DNA of 59,764 nucleotides, the filler included. It is 6 parts of 6 records of this genome, joined end to end, with 100 filler letters (N's around TTAATTAATTAA, not from the genome) between each part and the next. Parts side by side here need not be neighbours in the genome. Positions count along the whole stretch, not along the records: positions 39,690 to 45,127 come from DRR723986_14473; positions 45,228 to 51,121 come from DRR723986_14481; 4 more parts are not named here. One strand, given 5' to 3'. Positions within the stretch are counted from its first letter, which is position 1. The number at the start of each line of letters is the position of its first letter. Below are positions 39,769 to 51,221 of this stretch, one piece after another. A program made the translations under genes and the position numbers. The notes beneath the pieces were generated by a model that searched no databases, had not been told where the DNA came from, and worked only from the letters and a program-made list of their open reading frames with translations.

Positions 39769-41118
39769 ATGACTTTTGATCGCGTATCCCGGCTGGCGTC
39801 AATCCCAGCCTTTTGTTTGGCCGCAATTCTGTTTTTTGTTTCCGCAACACCTTCTGTTGCCATTCAATTGTTGCGCGATCCTGACATTGAACACGGATTG
39901 AAAGAGCTGGCCTTTCCGGTCCTGCGCGCTGCTGGTCTTAGTCCGAACCGGGTCAAGGTTTTGGTTGTCAACGATAGCAGTCTCAATGCCTTTGTCATTG
40001 ATCACAATACGATTTTCCTGAACTATGGGTTGATCGTCAAAGTCAAACGCGCCGACGTAATACAGGCGGTCATCGCGCACGAAGCAGCCCATATCGCAAA
40101 TGGTCACCTCGCCCGCCGGATCGGCAATCTGGAAAACGCCAGAAACCTGTCGAGCTTGGGCATTGCGCTTGCGCTGTTGGCCGCAGCAGCCGGTGGGGGC
40201 GACGCAGCCGCAGGAATCGCCGCGGGCACCCAAAGCTCGGCAATCCGTGGGTTCCTTAGCCACACCCGCGCCGAAGAGGCCGCAGCAGATCGGTCCGCTG
40301 CCAGCTACATGCGCTTGTCGGACATTTCGCCCCAAGGGTTGGTTGATTTGCACCGCACTTTTGCCGGGCAAGAATTGCTGAGCGTCGGTCGCCAAGATCC
40401 TTATATGCAATCCCACCCGCTGACCCGAGACCGAATTCGCGCCGCCGAAAATTATGTTGCCTCTTATAAAAGCCGAGCCCAACCCAACCTCAATGCGCAA
40501 TATTGGTTCAAAAGGGTCAAAGGTAAAATCACCGCCTTCACACGTTCGGCAAAGTGGACGCAGAGTTCTGTCAAACACGAAACACACCGAGACATTGCGC
40601 TGATGCGCCAAGCCATCGCGTACCATCGGCTCAGCAATTTTCCTAAAGCGATGAGCGCGATCAACGCTGCATTAGAAATACGTCCCGAGGATCCGTACTA
40701 TCACGAGCTCAAAGGCCAAATTTTGGTAGAAAACCGGAAATGGGGGGCTTCGGTAAGCGCTTATGAAACCGCCGTCGAACTCGCCCCGCGCGAACCTTTG
40801 ATACTCGCCGGTCTTGGCCGCGCCCTGCTTCATGCAGGCCAACCAAAACAAGCCTTGGAACAATTGCAAAAAGCCCGCGCACGCGATTACCGCGATATTC
40901 GGATGCTGCGCGATCTTGCGATGGCCTATTCCAAAACTGGAAACAACGGCATGGCCTCGGTGGTGACCGCCGAACGTTACGCTTTACAAGGCCGCATGGC
41001 AGACGCTGGCATTCATGCCAAACGTGCCATCGGCGTCCTCCCCACCGGATCAACCGGTTGGCAACGGGCACAGGATGTGCTCATTGCTTCTGAACGTGCT
41101 GAAAGAAGGAAACGATAA
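39769..41118 (+). CDS. M48 family metalloprotease with TPR (BepA/YfgC-like)
   Basis: LLRDPDIE, LNAF, HEAAH, SHP, TPR C-terminus. Confidence 0.9.
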   Translation: MTFDRVSRLASIPAFCLAAILFFVSATPSVAIQLLRDPDIEHGLKELAFPVLRAAGLSPNRVKVLVVNDSSLNAFVIDHNTIFLNYGLIVKVKRADVIQAVIAHEAAHIANGHLARRIGNLENARNLSSLGIALALLAAAAGGGDAAAGIAAGTQSSAIRGFLSHTRAEEAAADRSAASYMRLSDISPQGLVDLHRTFAGQELLSVGRQDPYMQSHPLTRDRIRAAENYVASYKSRAQPNLNAQYWFKRVKGKITAFTRSAKWTQSSVKHETHRDIALMRQAIAYHRLSNFPKAMSAINAALEIRPEDPYYHELKGQILVENRKWGASVSAYETAVELAPREPLILAGLGRALLHAGQPKQALEQLQKARARDYRDIRMLRDLAMAYSKTGNNGMASVVTAERYALQGRMADAGIHAKRAIGVLPTGSTGWQRAQDVLIASERAERRKR

Positions 41119-41870
41119 TGCTCCGTTTTGCCGCCCCGGCCCTCACGGCCCTGACCCTCATATCTGGCCCGGTTCAGGCTTTGGATCTCAGCGCGATGAG
41201 TGCTGACGAACGAGACGCCTTTGGCGTGCAGGTCCGTGAATACCTGCTGGAAAACCCTCAGGTCATCCTCGAAGCAATCAATCTGTTGGAACAACGTCAG
41301 GCCGCGGCTGAATCCCAGGCTGATCTACAACTGGTTCAAAACAACGCAGACGAGCTATTCAACGATGGCTACAGCTGGGTTGGTGGCAACCCAGAGGGCG
41401 ACATCACGCTGGTCGAATTCATGGACTACCGCTGTGGATACTGCCGTCGTGCCGTTCCAGAGGTCGCTAAACTGCTTCAAACAGATGGCAACATCCGTCT
41501 GGTGATAAAAGAACTGCCCATCTTGGGCGAAGCCTCCGTTATCTCATCCCGCTTTGCGGTCGCGGCCAAACAGGTTGGCGGCGATGAGGCCTACAAACAA
41601 GTGCACGACGCGCTGCTGGAATTTGGTGGTGAAGCAAACGAAGTCACATTACGCCGCCTATCTGACGGGCTTGGGCTGGATTCCGATGCGATCTTTGCGG
41701 CCATGAACAGTGATGCGGTCAGCGAAGAAATCGCCCGCACGCGGGCGTTGGCGCAGAAACTCAACATCTCGGGCACGCCCACCTTCGTATTGGGGACTGA
41801 ATTGCTGCGGGGCTTCTTGCCTGCCGATCAGATGCTACAGATCGCAGCGCAGGTTCGTGACCAAAGCTAA
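41118..41870 (+). CDS. DsbA family thioredoxin-fold protein
   Basis: YLLENP, EFMDYRCGYC, GTPTF. Confidence 0.92.
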   Translation: MLRFAAPALTALTLISGPVQALDLSAMSADERDAFGVQVREYLLENPQVILEAINLLEQRQAAAESQADLQLVQNNADELFNDGYSWVGGNPEGDITLVEFMDYRCGYCRRAVPEVAKLLQTDGNIRLVIKELPILGEASVISSRFAVAAKQVGGDEAYKQVHDALLEFGGEANEVTLRRLSDGLGLDSDAIFAAMNSDAVSEEIARTRALAQKLNISGTPTFVLGTELLRGFLPADQMLQIAAQVRDQS

Positions 41871-41891
41871 AGCAGCCCTAAAAGAATAAGG

Positions 41892-41925
41892 AAAGGCCGC
41901 CAAGCACTTGCTATGGCGGCCTTTT
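41892..41925. terminator. Bidirectional terminator
   Basis: AAAGGCCGCCA...TGGCGGCCTTTT between convergent genes. Confidence 0.8.
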
Positions 41926-41926
41926 G

Positions 41927-43048
41927 TTATTCCGCGGCGTCTTGCTGAGCGTCGAGTTCAGCCGCCTTGCGTTCCACTTGTTCGACGATATGATCCACCA
42001 TCTGATCATTGTTCAACTTGTGGCTTTGGGCGCCAGCCAAATAGACCATCCCTGATCCAGCGCCGCCCCCGGTAAAGCCAACATCCGTCATCAGCGCCTC
42101 ACCCGGGCCATTGACCACGCATCCGATAATACTCAGGCTCATTGGCGTTTTGATATGCTCCAAACGCTTTTCTAACGCCTCTACGGTTTTGATCACATCA
42201 AACCCCTGACGGGCACAGGATGGGCAGGAAATGATATTCACACCCCTATGCCGCAGACCCAGTGATTTAAGAATTTCATAACCGACTTTGACTTCTTCAA
42301 CCGGGTCAGCGGACAGAGACACCCGAATGGTATCCCCGATCCCCATCCACAACAGATTTCCCAAACCGATCGCGGATTTGATGGTGCCACTGACCAACCC
42401 ACCTGCTTCGGTGATGCCCAGATGGATTGGCGCGTCGGTCGCTTCGGCCAGCCCTTGATAGGCAGCCGCCGACATAAACACATCGGATGCTTTGACCGAG
42501 ATCTTGAAGTTATGGAAATCGTTGTCTTGCAGGATCCGGATATGTTCTAGCCCGCTTTCGACCATCGCATCAGGGCATGGTTCGCCGTACTTGTCCAACA
42601 GGTGCTTTTCCAAGCTGCCCGCGTTTACACCGATACGGATTGAACAGTTGTGATCTTTCGCGGCTTTAATGACCTCTTTAACCCGCTTTTCGTCCCCGAT
42701 ATTCCCAGGGTTAATGCGCAAACAGGCAGCGCCAGCCTCAGCTGCTTCGATGCCTCGTTTATAATGGAAATGGATATCTGCCACGATCGGAACCGGGCTT
42801 TCCGCGACAATCTCTTTAAGCGCTTGAGAGGATGCAACATCAGGAACCGACACCCGCACAATATCTGCACCCGCTTCCGCGGCGGCCTGCACCTGCGCGA
42901 TTGTGGCGGATGCATCAGACGTTAGGGTGTTCGTCATGGTCTGCACCGAAATCGGTGCGTCCCCACCAACAGGGACATTCCCCACCATGATTTGCCGGGA
43001 TTTGCGACGATAGATATTCCGCCAAGGGCGCACGTGGTTAAGAGACAT
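41927..43048 (-). CDS. ispG: HMBPP synthase IspG
   Basis: [38 protein letters not shown]. Confidence 0.97.
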   Translation of the reverse strand: MSLNHVRPWRNIYRRKSRQIMVGNVPVGGDAPISVQTMTNTLTSDASATIAQVQAAAEAGADIVRVSVPDVASSQALKEIVAESPVPIVADIHFHYKRGIEAAEAGAACLRINPGNIGDEKRVKEVIKAAKDHNCSIRIGVNAGSLEKHLLDKYGEPCPDAMVESGLEHIRILQDNDFHNFKISVKASDVFMSAAAYQGLAEATDAPIHLGITEAGGLVSGTIKSAIGLGNLLWMGIGDTIRVSLSADPVEEVKVGYEILKSLGLRHRGVNIISCPSCARQGFDVIKTVEALEKRLEHIKTPMSLSIIGCVVNGPGEALMTDVGFTGGGAGSGMVYLAGAQSHKLNNDQMVDHIVEQVERKAAELDAQQDAAE

Positions 43049-43116
43049 GACTATATCCGCATCTGATCCGTTTGACGGATACATAAGCCTCTGACCCCTG
43101 CGCCGCAATGGTCGGA

Positions 43117-44310
43117 TTATTCAGTCGGGGTTTCCACAGTCACTTGCGCTTCGGCAACCATACGCGCCAAATCACGATCCTGTTCCAGATCTGCGACCTC
43201 ATAGCGCTGCCCCACTTCGTCAATCGACAGCGGCAGATTTTTAGTCACAACGCCACGGTTTCCAACTGGCCCGTAATGTTCGCCGTTCATCGCAAAATAG
43301 ATTGCGCCTGATTCCCCGGCCCGCAGGGTGGGTGGCTCTTCCATCAGTGGAACTTCGTAATTCTGCCCCGGTTCCATGATCCCTTCGTAAATCACAGACC
43401 CATCTGCGGCACTGACCCGAACCCACGATGGGCGCACAGCGACCATAACAAGGTTTTCGGAAATCTCTTCGACGACCTGTGGAACAGGGTCTTCTACCCG
43501 CTGATGCGAAGCAATCTGAATATCAGGCAACGCCGGGGTGCGGAAACTTCCGCCCGTGCGCGGATCAAGTGTCGAAATCGGAGCATCACGTGCAACCAAA
43601 ACCGGCACATCCAAAGCTTGCGGGCGATACATCCGATCCAAAGCTTCGGCCGTTGGCGTGATGAGCCCTGCGTTGCTTTCGCTCACAACACTGCGTGTGG
43701 CGGCCTCCAACGGATCCAGATCTGACAAAACGACAGGCGCTTGCTCAACTGGCGCAAACTGCACCTGTTGAACCTGCTTAAGAACGGTCCATCCGCCATA
43801 ACCAATGCCACCAATCAACGCGACCAAGATCAGGCTGGACCCAATTGCGCGTGGTTCAATGTGCGAAAAGACAGTGTCTCCACCGGGGACAAACGGCGTG
43901 TTAGGCGACACAAACGGATCGCGCCCCATAGGACCTTTGGCGGCAACACCACCGCCGGTCTTTTTGACAACCGACGCCTGCGCCGACATGCCATGCGCGA
44001 CTTCGAACCCGCTTTCTTGACAGAAAATCCCAAACGCTTCGTCAGGGTCCATCCCCAGATAACGCGCATAAGAGCGGACGTATCCAGCAATGAAACCAGG
44101 TGTATCAAAGGCAGTGGGATCTGAATTTTCGATCGCGGCGATGTAATTGGCTTTAATGCGAAGCTCACGTTGAACATCAAGCAGCGACTTTCCCAAAGTC
44201 GCTCGCTCGCCGCGCATCATATCGCCGAGACGCATTTCAAAGTCGTCAAACCCCTTGGGTTGTTCGACCTCTACGTCCTTTGATTTGCGCTGAAATCTGC
44301 GCCCAATCAT
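43117..44310 (-). CDS. rodZ: RodZ-like HTH/TM/DUF4115 protein
   Basis: N-terminal HTH ([11 protein letters not shown]), single TM, SWVRV C-terminal domain; upstream of ispG. Confidence 0.85.
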   Translation of the reverse strand: MIGRRFQRKSKDVEVEQPKGFDDFEMRLGDMMRGERATLGKSLLDVQRELRIKANYIAAIENSDPTAFDTPGFIAGYVRSYARYLGMDPDEAFGIFCQESGFEVAHGMSAQASVVKKTGGGVAAKGPMGRDPFVSPNTPFVPGGDTVFSHIEPRAIGSSLILVALIGGIGYGGWTVLKQVQQVQFAPVEQAPVVLSDLDPLEAATRSVVSESNAGLITPTAEALDRMYRPQALDVPVLVARDAPISTLDPRTGGSFRTPALPDIQIASHQRVEDPVPQVVEEISENLVMVAVRPSWVRVSAADGSVIYEGIMEPGQNYEVPLMEEPPTLRAGESGAIYFAMNGEHYGPVGNRGVVTKNLPLSIDEVGQRYEVADLEQDRDLARMVAEAQVTVETPTE

Positions 44311-44444
44311 GCCTACTGCCCCATTACTAACCGCTGTAAACTTTCAGCCACGCCCCAGAATCGAGTCCCATCACGATTCGTCCGACGCTTTTTGTTAGTG
44401 CGATAGTAACACGATTCAAGTGCCTTGCACACTATCCCTAGTGG

Positions 44445-45127
44445 TCAACCCGCCAGTTCGGCGCGATTCAGCGCACAATGAGACCACAGGGCGTCCATTG
44501 CATTGATCAGCTTGTTCATCTCGCCGGGGCCATGAACAGGCGACGGAGTAAAGCGCAAGCGCTCAGTCCCACGCGGTACCGTTGGGAAATTGATCGGCTG
44601 CGCATAGATACCATATTCTTCCAGCAGCATATCGCTCAGCTTTTTGGTGTGCACCGGATTGCCCACCATCACCGGCACGATATGGCTACCGTGGTCGATC
44701 AATGGCAGGCCCATCCCCTTCAAACGCATCTTCAGCACTTTGGCTTGCGCCTGATGCTGTTCGCGCAATTCAGGGTTCCGCTTTAGATAAGCCACAGAGG
44801 CAGCAGCCCCGGCAGCAACCGAGGGCGGAAGCGACGTCGTAAAGATGAAGCCCGGCGCATAAGACCTTATGGCATCACACATTTTATCCGACGCTGCGAT
44901 GTAGCCACCCATCACGCCAAAGGCTTTGGCCAGCGTTCCGTTGATGATGTCCAGACGGTGCATCAAACGATCCCGCTCCGCGACACCTGCACCGCGTGGG
45001 CCATACATGCCAACGGCATGGACCTCATCAATATAAGTCAGTGCGCCAAATTCGTCAGCCAAGTCGCAGATCTCTTCGATCGGACCAAAATCGCCATCCA
45101 TCGAATAGATCGATTCAAAGGCAATCA
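44445..45127 (-). CDS. hemA: 5-aminolevulinate synthase (5' truncated)
   Basis: [40 protein letters not shown]. Confidence 0.94.
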
Positions 45128-45227
45128 NNNNNNNNNNNNNNNNNNNNNNNNNNNNNNNNNNNNNNNNNNNNTTAATTAATTAANNNNNNNNNNNNNNNNN
45201 NNNNNNNNNNNNNNNNNNNNNNNNNNN
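45128..45227. other. Artificial contig spacer
   Basis: N-run + TTAATTAATTAA + N-run. Confidence 0.98.
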
Positions 45228-45275
45228 TCTTGGCAAAAATACCTCAGGGGGGTGCGGAGGGAGGATCCCCCCGCG
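45228..45275. repeat. Probable Rhodobacteraceae intergenic repeat at contig edge
   Basis: TCTTGGCAAAAATACCTCAGGGGGGTGCGG...CCCCCCGC resembles roseobacter REP-like elements from memory; only one copy in window. Confidence 0.35.
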
Positions 45276-45314
45276 GATCGACGCGCAACGCGCGGCGATA
45301 CTCCCCTTCTCCCG

Positions 45315-46541
45315 TTACGCGACGACCCGCGCCAAAGCACACTGGCTCCACAGATCGTGCAGCGCATCGGCCAGACGATCCACCTGGGCATCATCATGCA
45401 AAGGGGACGGCGTGAAGCGCAGGCGCTCCTCTCCCTTCGGGACGGTGGGGTAGTTGATCGGCTGCACATAGATGCCGTAGCGATCCAGCAGGATATCGGA
45501 CAGCATCTTGCACTTCACCGGATCCTTGACCATCACCGGCACGATATGGCTGGGGTTGGACTGATGCGGGATACCCATGGCATCCAGACGCGCCCGCAAC
45601 CGCGCCACCTGCCGCTGCTGCGCGGCCCTCAACCTTGCGCCTTCAAACCCTTTCAGCACCTTGATCGATTCCGTCGCCGCCGCCGCGATGGCGGGGGGCA
45701 ACGCGGTGGTGAAGATAAATCCGCTGGCAAAGCTGCGGATGAAATCAACGAGCGCCGCCGATCCCGTTACATAGCCGCCAACGACACCGAAGGCCTTGCC
45801 AAGCGTGCCCTCGATCAGCGTCACCCGGTCCATCAGCCCCTCGCGTTCGGCGATGCCTCCGCCGCGCGGACCGTAAAGGCCGACCGCATGCACCTCATCG
45901 AGGTAGGTCATCGCGTTGTGTTTTTCCGCCACATCGAGGATTTCCGCAATCGGTGCAATATCCCCATCCATGGAATAGACGCTTTCAAACGCCACGATCT
46001 TGGGCGCGTCAGGATCGAGCGCCGACAGCCGCCGGTCCAGATCTTCTACATCATTGTGTCGCCAGATCTGCCGGTCGCAGCGGGCATGTCGGATGCCCTC
46101 GATCATGCTGGCATGGTTCAGGCTGTCGGACAGGATCGTGCAGCCCGGCAGCCGCGAACCGAGCGTTCCCAAAGACGCCCAGTTCGACACATAACCCGAA
46201 GTAAACAACAGCGCCGCCTCTTTGCCATGCAGGTCGGCCAGTTCACGCTCCAGCAGCACATGTGCATGGGTGGTGCCGGAAATGTTCCGGGTTCCGCCCG
46301 CTCCCGTGCCGCAGGTATCGATGGTGTCGTGCATGGCCTGCAACACGCGCGGGTGCTGGCCCATGCCGAGGTAATCATTGCCGCACCAGACCGTGACCTC
46401 ATCGGCCCCTGCGCCGTGGTTCCTTGCTTGCGGGAATTCCCCGCAGCGGCGTTCCAGTTCGGCGAAGATGCGGTAGTTTCCGTCTGCCTTCAGGGCGTCA
46501 AGTTGCGCCCTGAAGAGCGTATCGTAGCGGTCAGATGTCAT
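45315..46541 (-). CDS. hemA: 5-aminolevulinate synthase
   Basis: [35 protein letters not shown]. Confidence 0.95.
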   Translation of the reverse strand: MTSDRYDTLFRAQLDALKADGNYRIFAELERRCGEFPQARNHGAGADEVTVWCGNDYLGMGQHPRVLQAMHDTIDTCGTGAGGTRNISGTTHAHVLLERELADLHGKEAALLFTSGYVSNWASLGTLGSRLPGCTILSDSLNHASMIEGIRHARCDRQIWRHNDVEDLDRRLSALDPDAPKIVAFESVYSMDGDIAPIAEILDVAEKHNAMTYLDEVHAVGLYGPRGGGIAEREGLMDRVTLIEGTLGKAFGVVGGYVTGSAALVDFIRSFASGFIFTTALPPAIAAAATESIKVLKGFEGARLRAAQQRQVARLRARLDAMGIPHQSNPSHIVPVMVKDPVKCKMLSDILLDRYGIYVQPINYPTVPKGEERLRFTPSPLHDDAQVDRLADALHDLWSQCALARVVA

Positions 46542-46972
46542 TGACCGGCTGCCTCGCGGGCCAGTTCATCCAGCAAAGCCATCACGGGGGCCATGGAGTC
46601 CTCGGACATCACCCGATAGCCGATTGCGACCTCGCCCCCCATATCGGTAATGAAAATACCGTAGGGGCAGTTCGCAATGTTCATCGGATCGGCTTCCATC
46701 ACCTGACGCGAAATCACCGCCGAACAGAACAGGTAAATATCGGCCTGATCGAACAGCATAACGTCGCTGCCGGTGTCTTCACGGGTGCGTTCCAGCATTT
46801 CGCCCACATGGCTGGTATAGTCGATGACCAGCCCATGTCCGACAATGGCGCTTTCGACACCGAAGGCCGCGTCCTCGAAACTGCCGTCGAAAGGATAGGT
46901 CACGGCCTGCTGCGCGAACGCGCCGGTGGCGGTGGCCGCTGTCAGGGCGGCTGCAAGAGCAAACTGTTTCAT
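46538..46972 (-). CDS. DUF302-like periplasmic protein
   Basis: Signal peptide, FCSA and CPYGI Cys motifs. Confidence 0.75.
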   Translation of the reverse strand: MKQFALAAALTAATATGAFAQQAVTYPFDGSFEDAAFGVESAIVGHGLVIDYTSHVGEMLERTREDTGSDVMLFDQADIYLFCSAVISRQVMEADPMNIANCPYGIFITDMGGEVAIGYRVMSEDSMAPVMALLDELAREAAGQ

Positions 46973-47038
46973 CTTCAGATCCTTTCCGGGTTCATGGAAT
47001 GGCCCCGCAGCGTCCTGCCGCGAGGCCGGTTGGTTACG

Positions 47039-48301
47039 TCATCCGAACATGTCGGAGGTAATGGAGTCATACCAGCCAAGCGACTCGCGATAGGTCTCTG
47101 CGCGGACCTCATCGCTTTCACCGACCTGGCTGATGAAGGTATCGACCGCTTCGATACGGTCTTCACCCGCCTGATAGGTGGCCCCCACCTTGATGCCGTC
47201 ATCGGTTGAGATCAGCGACCAGCAGGTGTTCGAGAAGCGCGCTGGGAACAGGCGGCTGTCGGTCAGGGCGTGGCGCACGGCCATCGCGGCAACCTTGGCC
47301 TGGCTGTTGGCGGCGAAGCCCGATTTCGGCATCGCCCCCTGACGGCTGGAATCGCCCAGGATGTGGATGTTTTCATCCATCACCGACTGCATGGTTGCAG
47401 GCATCACCGTAGCCCAATCGCTTTCCGTCAGCGCCGCGTTTTGCAGGATGCTGCCCGCCTGCATCGCCGGGATGACGTTGCAGACATCGACTGCTTCGAC
47501 CTGGCCATCGACGACGATTTCCATGCTGTCCGGGCGCACCTCGACATTGGCGCCGCCGAAATCGGGACCGATCCGCTCGATCATACCCGGATAATGGCGG
47601 GCCCAACCGTCCTCGAACAGCGCCTGCTTCGAGAAGTTTTCCTTCGGGTCGAGGATCAGGATCCGTGCCGTCGGATTGTTCTGGCTCAGGTAATGCGCAA
47701 CCATCGACACCCGCTCATAGGGGCCGGGCGGGCAGCGATAGGGGTTGGGCGGTGCGATCATGGCAAAGGTGCCGCCTTCGCGCATGTTGGCCAGCTGCGC
47801 GCGCAGCAGCTCGGTCTGCGACCCGGCCTTGTAGGCGTGCGGCATCGCGTTCTGCGCAGCGGTGGACCAGCCGGGAACCGCGCCATCCTTGAAGTCGATG
47901 CCGGGGCTGACAATCAACCGGTCATAGGGAACCGAACCGCCCCCTGCCAGCGCCACGGTCCGCGCGTCGCGGTCGATGCCGGTGGCCCAGTCATGGACGA
48001 CGTTCACCGCATAATCGGCGGCCAGCGTGCCATAGCTGTGGCCGAGCGATTCAATGGTACGGAAGCCGCCCAGATACAGGTTCGAGAAGAAGCAGGTGTA
48101 ATAGTGACGCGATGGCTCGATCAACGTCACGTCGATCATACCGTCGCTGTCATTGGCGATATAGCGGGCCGCTGTTGCCCCGCCTGCCCCGCCGCCGATC
48201 ACAACCGCGCGCGGTCGGGCCTGACCGAGCACGGCCGGTGCGGCCAGTGTTCCGGCCAGTGCGGCCGTGGTTCCAAGAAATGAGCGTCTGTTCATCATCA
48301 T
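47039..48301 (-). CDS. soxF: Flavocytochrome c sulfide dehydrogenase flavoprotein subunit
   Basis: Tat signal RRSFL, GGGAGG, YYTCFFSN, CPPGPYER, MPKSG, NTCWS. Confidence 0.9.
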   Translation of the reverse strand: MMMNRRSFLGTTAALAGTLAAPAVLGQARPRAVVIGGGAGGATAARYIANDSDGMIDVTLIEPSRHYYTCFFSNLYLGGFRTIESLGHSYGTLAADYAVNVVHDWATGIDRDARTVALAGGGSVPYDRLIVSPGIDFKDGAVPGWSTAAQNAMPHAYKAGSQTELLRAQLANMREGGTFAMIAPPNPYRCPPGPYERVSMVAHYLSQNNPTARILILDPKENFSKQALFEDGWARHYPGMIERIGPDFGGANVEVRPDSMEIVVDGQVEAVDVCNVIPAMQAGSILQNAALTESDWATVMPATMQSVMDENIHILGDSSRQGAMPKSGFAANSQAKVAAMAVRHALTDSRLFPARFSNTCWSLISTDDGIKVGATYQAGEDRIEAVDTFISQVGESDEVRAETYRESLGWYDSITSDMFG

Positions 48302-48358
48302 GACGGAGCCTCCTTACCCCTCTACATAGTCACCCCCTCCTCCAAGCGGGCGCTGGCC

Positions 48359-49042
48359 TTATTCCTCCAAAGTGGCGAAATAGGCCGCCAACGAGGCAAT
48401 CTCCTCGTCGGTCAGTCTGGCGGTCACCGTGGTCATCACCTGATGGTCCCGGTGGCCGTCGCGATAATCATGCAAGGCGAGAATGAATGCTTCGGCGTCC
48501 AGCCCGGTCACGACCGGAATGCCCTCGTCACTGCCGCTGGCGCTGTGGCAGGCCACGCATTCGGACGACAGGTACGCGCCGTATTCGACGTCGCCCTCTA
48601 TGGTGAAAATCTCGGGCGACAGGCGGCCCAGTTCGGATGAATGGACAACGGGCGCATCGCCGGTCAGGTAGGCGATCACATCCAAGCGGTCCTGCAAGTC
48701 CGTCAGGCCGCGAAAGCTCATGCGGGAACCGGGGATGTATCCGCGCGGATCCTGCAAGAACCCGTCCAGCGTTTCCAAAGTCCAGACCAAGCCGGCTTCG
48801 CCCGCATCACGAATTGCAGGGGAATAGCGCACACCGTCCAGCGATCCAGCAGAACGGCCAACGACACCGTACAGATTTGGGCCGGTGCGGGACGGGCCAT
48901 CTGGTTCGGCCACATGGCAGGAATTGCATTGTCGGAAAAGCACGGCGCCCCGTTCAGGGTCGCCCTCTTGCGCCGGGACCGCTTGGGCCCCGGCGAGGAT
49001 TGCGAGGATCGGAAGGAAGACCCTGCGCACCATCTGTCTCAC
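48359..49042 (-). CDS. soxE: Diheme cytochrome c
   Basis: CNSCH and CVACH heme motifs; between soxD and soxF. Confidence 0.8.
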   Translation of the reverse strand: MRQMVRRVFLPILAILAGAQAVPAQEGDPERGAVLFRQCNSCHVAEPDGPSRTGPNLYGVVGRSAGSLDGVRYSPAIRDAGEAGLVWTLETLDGFLQDPRGYIPGSRMSFRGLTDLQDRLDVIAYLTGDAPVVHSSELGRLSPEIFTIEGDVEYGAYLSSECVACHSASGSDEGIPVVTGLDAEAFILALHDYRDGHRDHQVMTTVTARLTDEEIASLAAYFATLEE

Positions 49043-50079
49043 TCCACCGAGCGGAGGTATTCGATGATGGCGGCACGATCCGCCTCATCTTCCACCCCAC
49101 GGAAGGCCATCCTTGTGCCACGCATATAGGCGCGCGGGTTTTCAAGGAAGGCGTGCAGTTCCTCGGTTGACCAGACCAGCCCCTCTTCGGCGGCGGCCTG
49201 CATCGGGTTGGAATAACGGAAGCCTTCGACCTGCCCCGCAGCGGCGCCGACAATGCCCGTCAGAACAGGCCCGGTGCGGTTCTGCGCCCCGTCACCAACC
49301 TGATGGCAGCTGGAACACTGACGGAACAGACCTTCGCCTGCCTCTGCCAGTTCCATGTCGATGGCATTGGGATCCTCGGCCGGTTCCTCGGCCGCGGCCT
49401 CTTCCACATCTGCCTCGCCACCGGCTTCTCGCGCTTCGCGGGCAGCGGCGTCATCGGGCGTCACGTCAAGGATATTGGCGCGCATGGTGATCTCGACGCT
49501 TTCGGCACAATCGGTCATGCAGACCTCGCGCGGACCCCATAGCGGGCTTTCCTCGCGGTCATCCATGTAGAACCCGTCTGCGTTCGGCATCTCGATATCG
49601 GTGAAGTTCTCGTTCGACAGAACGAAGTCATCTTCCAACACGATGTCGTTCATGTAGAGCAGGAACGCCGTGATCGCATAGACCTCGTCATCGGTCAGCG
49701 ACTGCGCGTCACCGAACGGCATGGCGCGGTGTACGTAGTCCCACACGGTCGACAGATACGGCCAGTAAGAGCCGATGGTCTTCAGCGGATCTTCAGAGGC
49801 CAGAGACCCGTGCCCGCCCGCCAGCGGCGGCCAGCGGCCCGCACCTTCGGCAAAGTCACCATGACAGGACGCGCAAAGCTGAAGGAAGACCTCTTCCCCT
49901 TCAAGAACCGATCCCGATCCGACCGGCAAGCCAAGCCCGTCGGGGCGAATGTCGATGTCCCAGGCGGCAACCTCTTCGGGCAGAGCCTCGCGGCCAAGGC
50001 CATAGGTCTGTGCGCTTGCTGCTGTCCCGAGGGCCGTCAGCGTGGCGGCGGTCAGCAGAAGCTTAAGCGATTTCGACAT
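49039..50079 (-). CDS. soxD: Sulfur dehydrogenase diheme cytochrome subunit
   Basis: WDIDIRPDG, CASCH, KTIGSYWPY, second CSSCH; ATG 50079. Confidence 0.92.
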   Translation of the reverse strand: MSKSLKLLLTAATLTALGTAASAQTYGLGREALPEEVAAWDIDIRPDGLGLPVGSGSVLEGEEVFLQLCASCHGDFAEGAGRWPPLAGGHGSLASEDPLKTIGSYWPYLSTVWDYVHRAMPFGDAQSLTDDEVYAITAFLLYMNDIVLEDDFVLSNENFTDIEMPNADGFYMDDREESPLWGPREVCMTDCAESVEITMRANILDVTPDDAAAREAREAGGEADVEEAAAEEPAEDPNAIDMELAEAGEGLFRQCSSCHQVGDGAQNRTGPVLTGIVGAAAGQVEGFRYSNPMQAAAEEGLVWSTEELHAFLENPRAYMRGTRMAFRGVEDEADRAAIIEYLRSVE

Positions 50080-51121
50080 TTTCAACGCTCCCGTCGGCTG
50101 CCACGGCGTAGGTCTGAATGCCGTTATTGTGGTAGATGGAGTTTTCGCCACGCACTTCGCGCAGTTCGTCCTTGGTGGGCTGCACATAGCCGGTGCTGTC
50201 ATGTGCCCGGCTCTGGATGATCATCGGCGAACCGTCCCATTCGAAATCGTAATAGAACCTGTGCAGAGACTTGTCCCAGCTTGGGCCGTCCATGCGCGCC
50301 TCGACCCAGTTGATGCCGCCATCAATGGTCACGTCCACGCGCGGAATGGTGCCACGACCGGACCAGGCCAGGCCGGTCAGAACCATTGGGCCGGGACCAT
50401 GGCTGATCGGTTTTTGCGGGCTGGGGCTGGTGATGATCGACTTTGCGTCCATTTCCCAGGTAAAGCGCCGGGCGCGGCCGTCGGCAAAGAGGTCGGTGTA
50501 TTTCGACGTCTCTTCGCGGTGGTGCCAGGGCTCGTCGCCGACTTCCAGCCGCCGCAGCCACTTGATCCACATATTGCCTTCCCAACCGGGTACGACCAGA
50601 CGCACCGGATAGCCCTGTTCGGGGCGCAGTGCCTCGCCGTTCATCTTGAAGGCGACCATGCAGTCATCCAGCGCCTTCTCCATCGGGATCGAGCGGGTCA
50701 TGGCAGAGGCATCGGCGCCTTCGGCCAGCAGCCATTCGCCAGTGGGCTGAACGCCAGCCTCTTCCAGCAGTGTCCGCAGACGCACGCCGGTATACATGAC
50801 ATTGTGGATCATGCCGTGGGTGTATTGACAGCCATTCAGCTGTGCGCCACGCCATTCCATGCCGGAGTTTGCCGCGCATTCAAGGAAGTAGGCCCGGTTT
50901 TCGCGGGGGAAGCGCATCAGGTCTTCCAGCGTGAAGACCAGTTCACGATCGACAAGACCGTTGATCATCAGCCGGTACTGGGCCGGGTCCACCTCGGCAA
51001 TACCACCGTGATGACGTTCAAAGCACAGGCCGTTTGGGGTGATGATCCCGTCAAGTTCATGGATGGGCGTGAAGTTCACGGAAGAAATCGGATCAGCGGT
51101 CAGCCATTCCACGTTGCGGCG
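50063..51121 (-). CDS. soxC: Sulfur dehydrogenase molybdopterin subunit (5' truncated)
   Basis: FERHHGG, FLECAAN, EQGYPVRLVVPGWEG, KWLRR, YHNNGIQ. Confidence 0.93.
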   Translation of the reverse strand, partial: RRNVEWLTADPISSVNFTPIHELDGIITPNGLCFERHHGGIAEVDPAQYRLMINGLVDRELVFTLEDLMRFPRENRAYFLECAANSGMEWRGAQLNGCQYTHGMIHNVMYTGVRLRTLLEEAGVQPTGEWLLAEGADASAMTRSIPMEKALDDCMVAFKMNGEALRPEQGYPVRLVVPGWEGNMWIKWLRRLEVGDEPWHHREETSKYTDLFADGRARRFTWEMDAKSIITSPSPQKPISHGPGPMVLTGLAWSGRGTIPRVDVTIDGGINWVEARMDGPSWDKSLHRFYYDFEWDGSPMIIQSRAHDSTGYVQPTKDELREVRGENSIYHNNGIQTYAVAADGSVENVEIA

Positions 51122-51221
51122 NNNNNNNNNNNNNNNNNNNNNNNNNNNNNNNNNNNNNNNNNNNNTTAATTAATTAANNNNNNNNNNNNNNNNNNNNNNN
51201 NNNNNNNNNNNNNNNNNNNNN
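51122..51221. other. Artificial contig spacer
   Basis: N-run + TTAATTAATTAA + N-run. Confidence 0.98.

Noticed and set aside
44445-46541. Two adjacent hemA genes suggesting tandem duplication
   Set aside because: They are separated by an artificial spacer and lie on different contigs with different composition.
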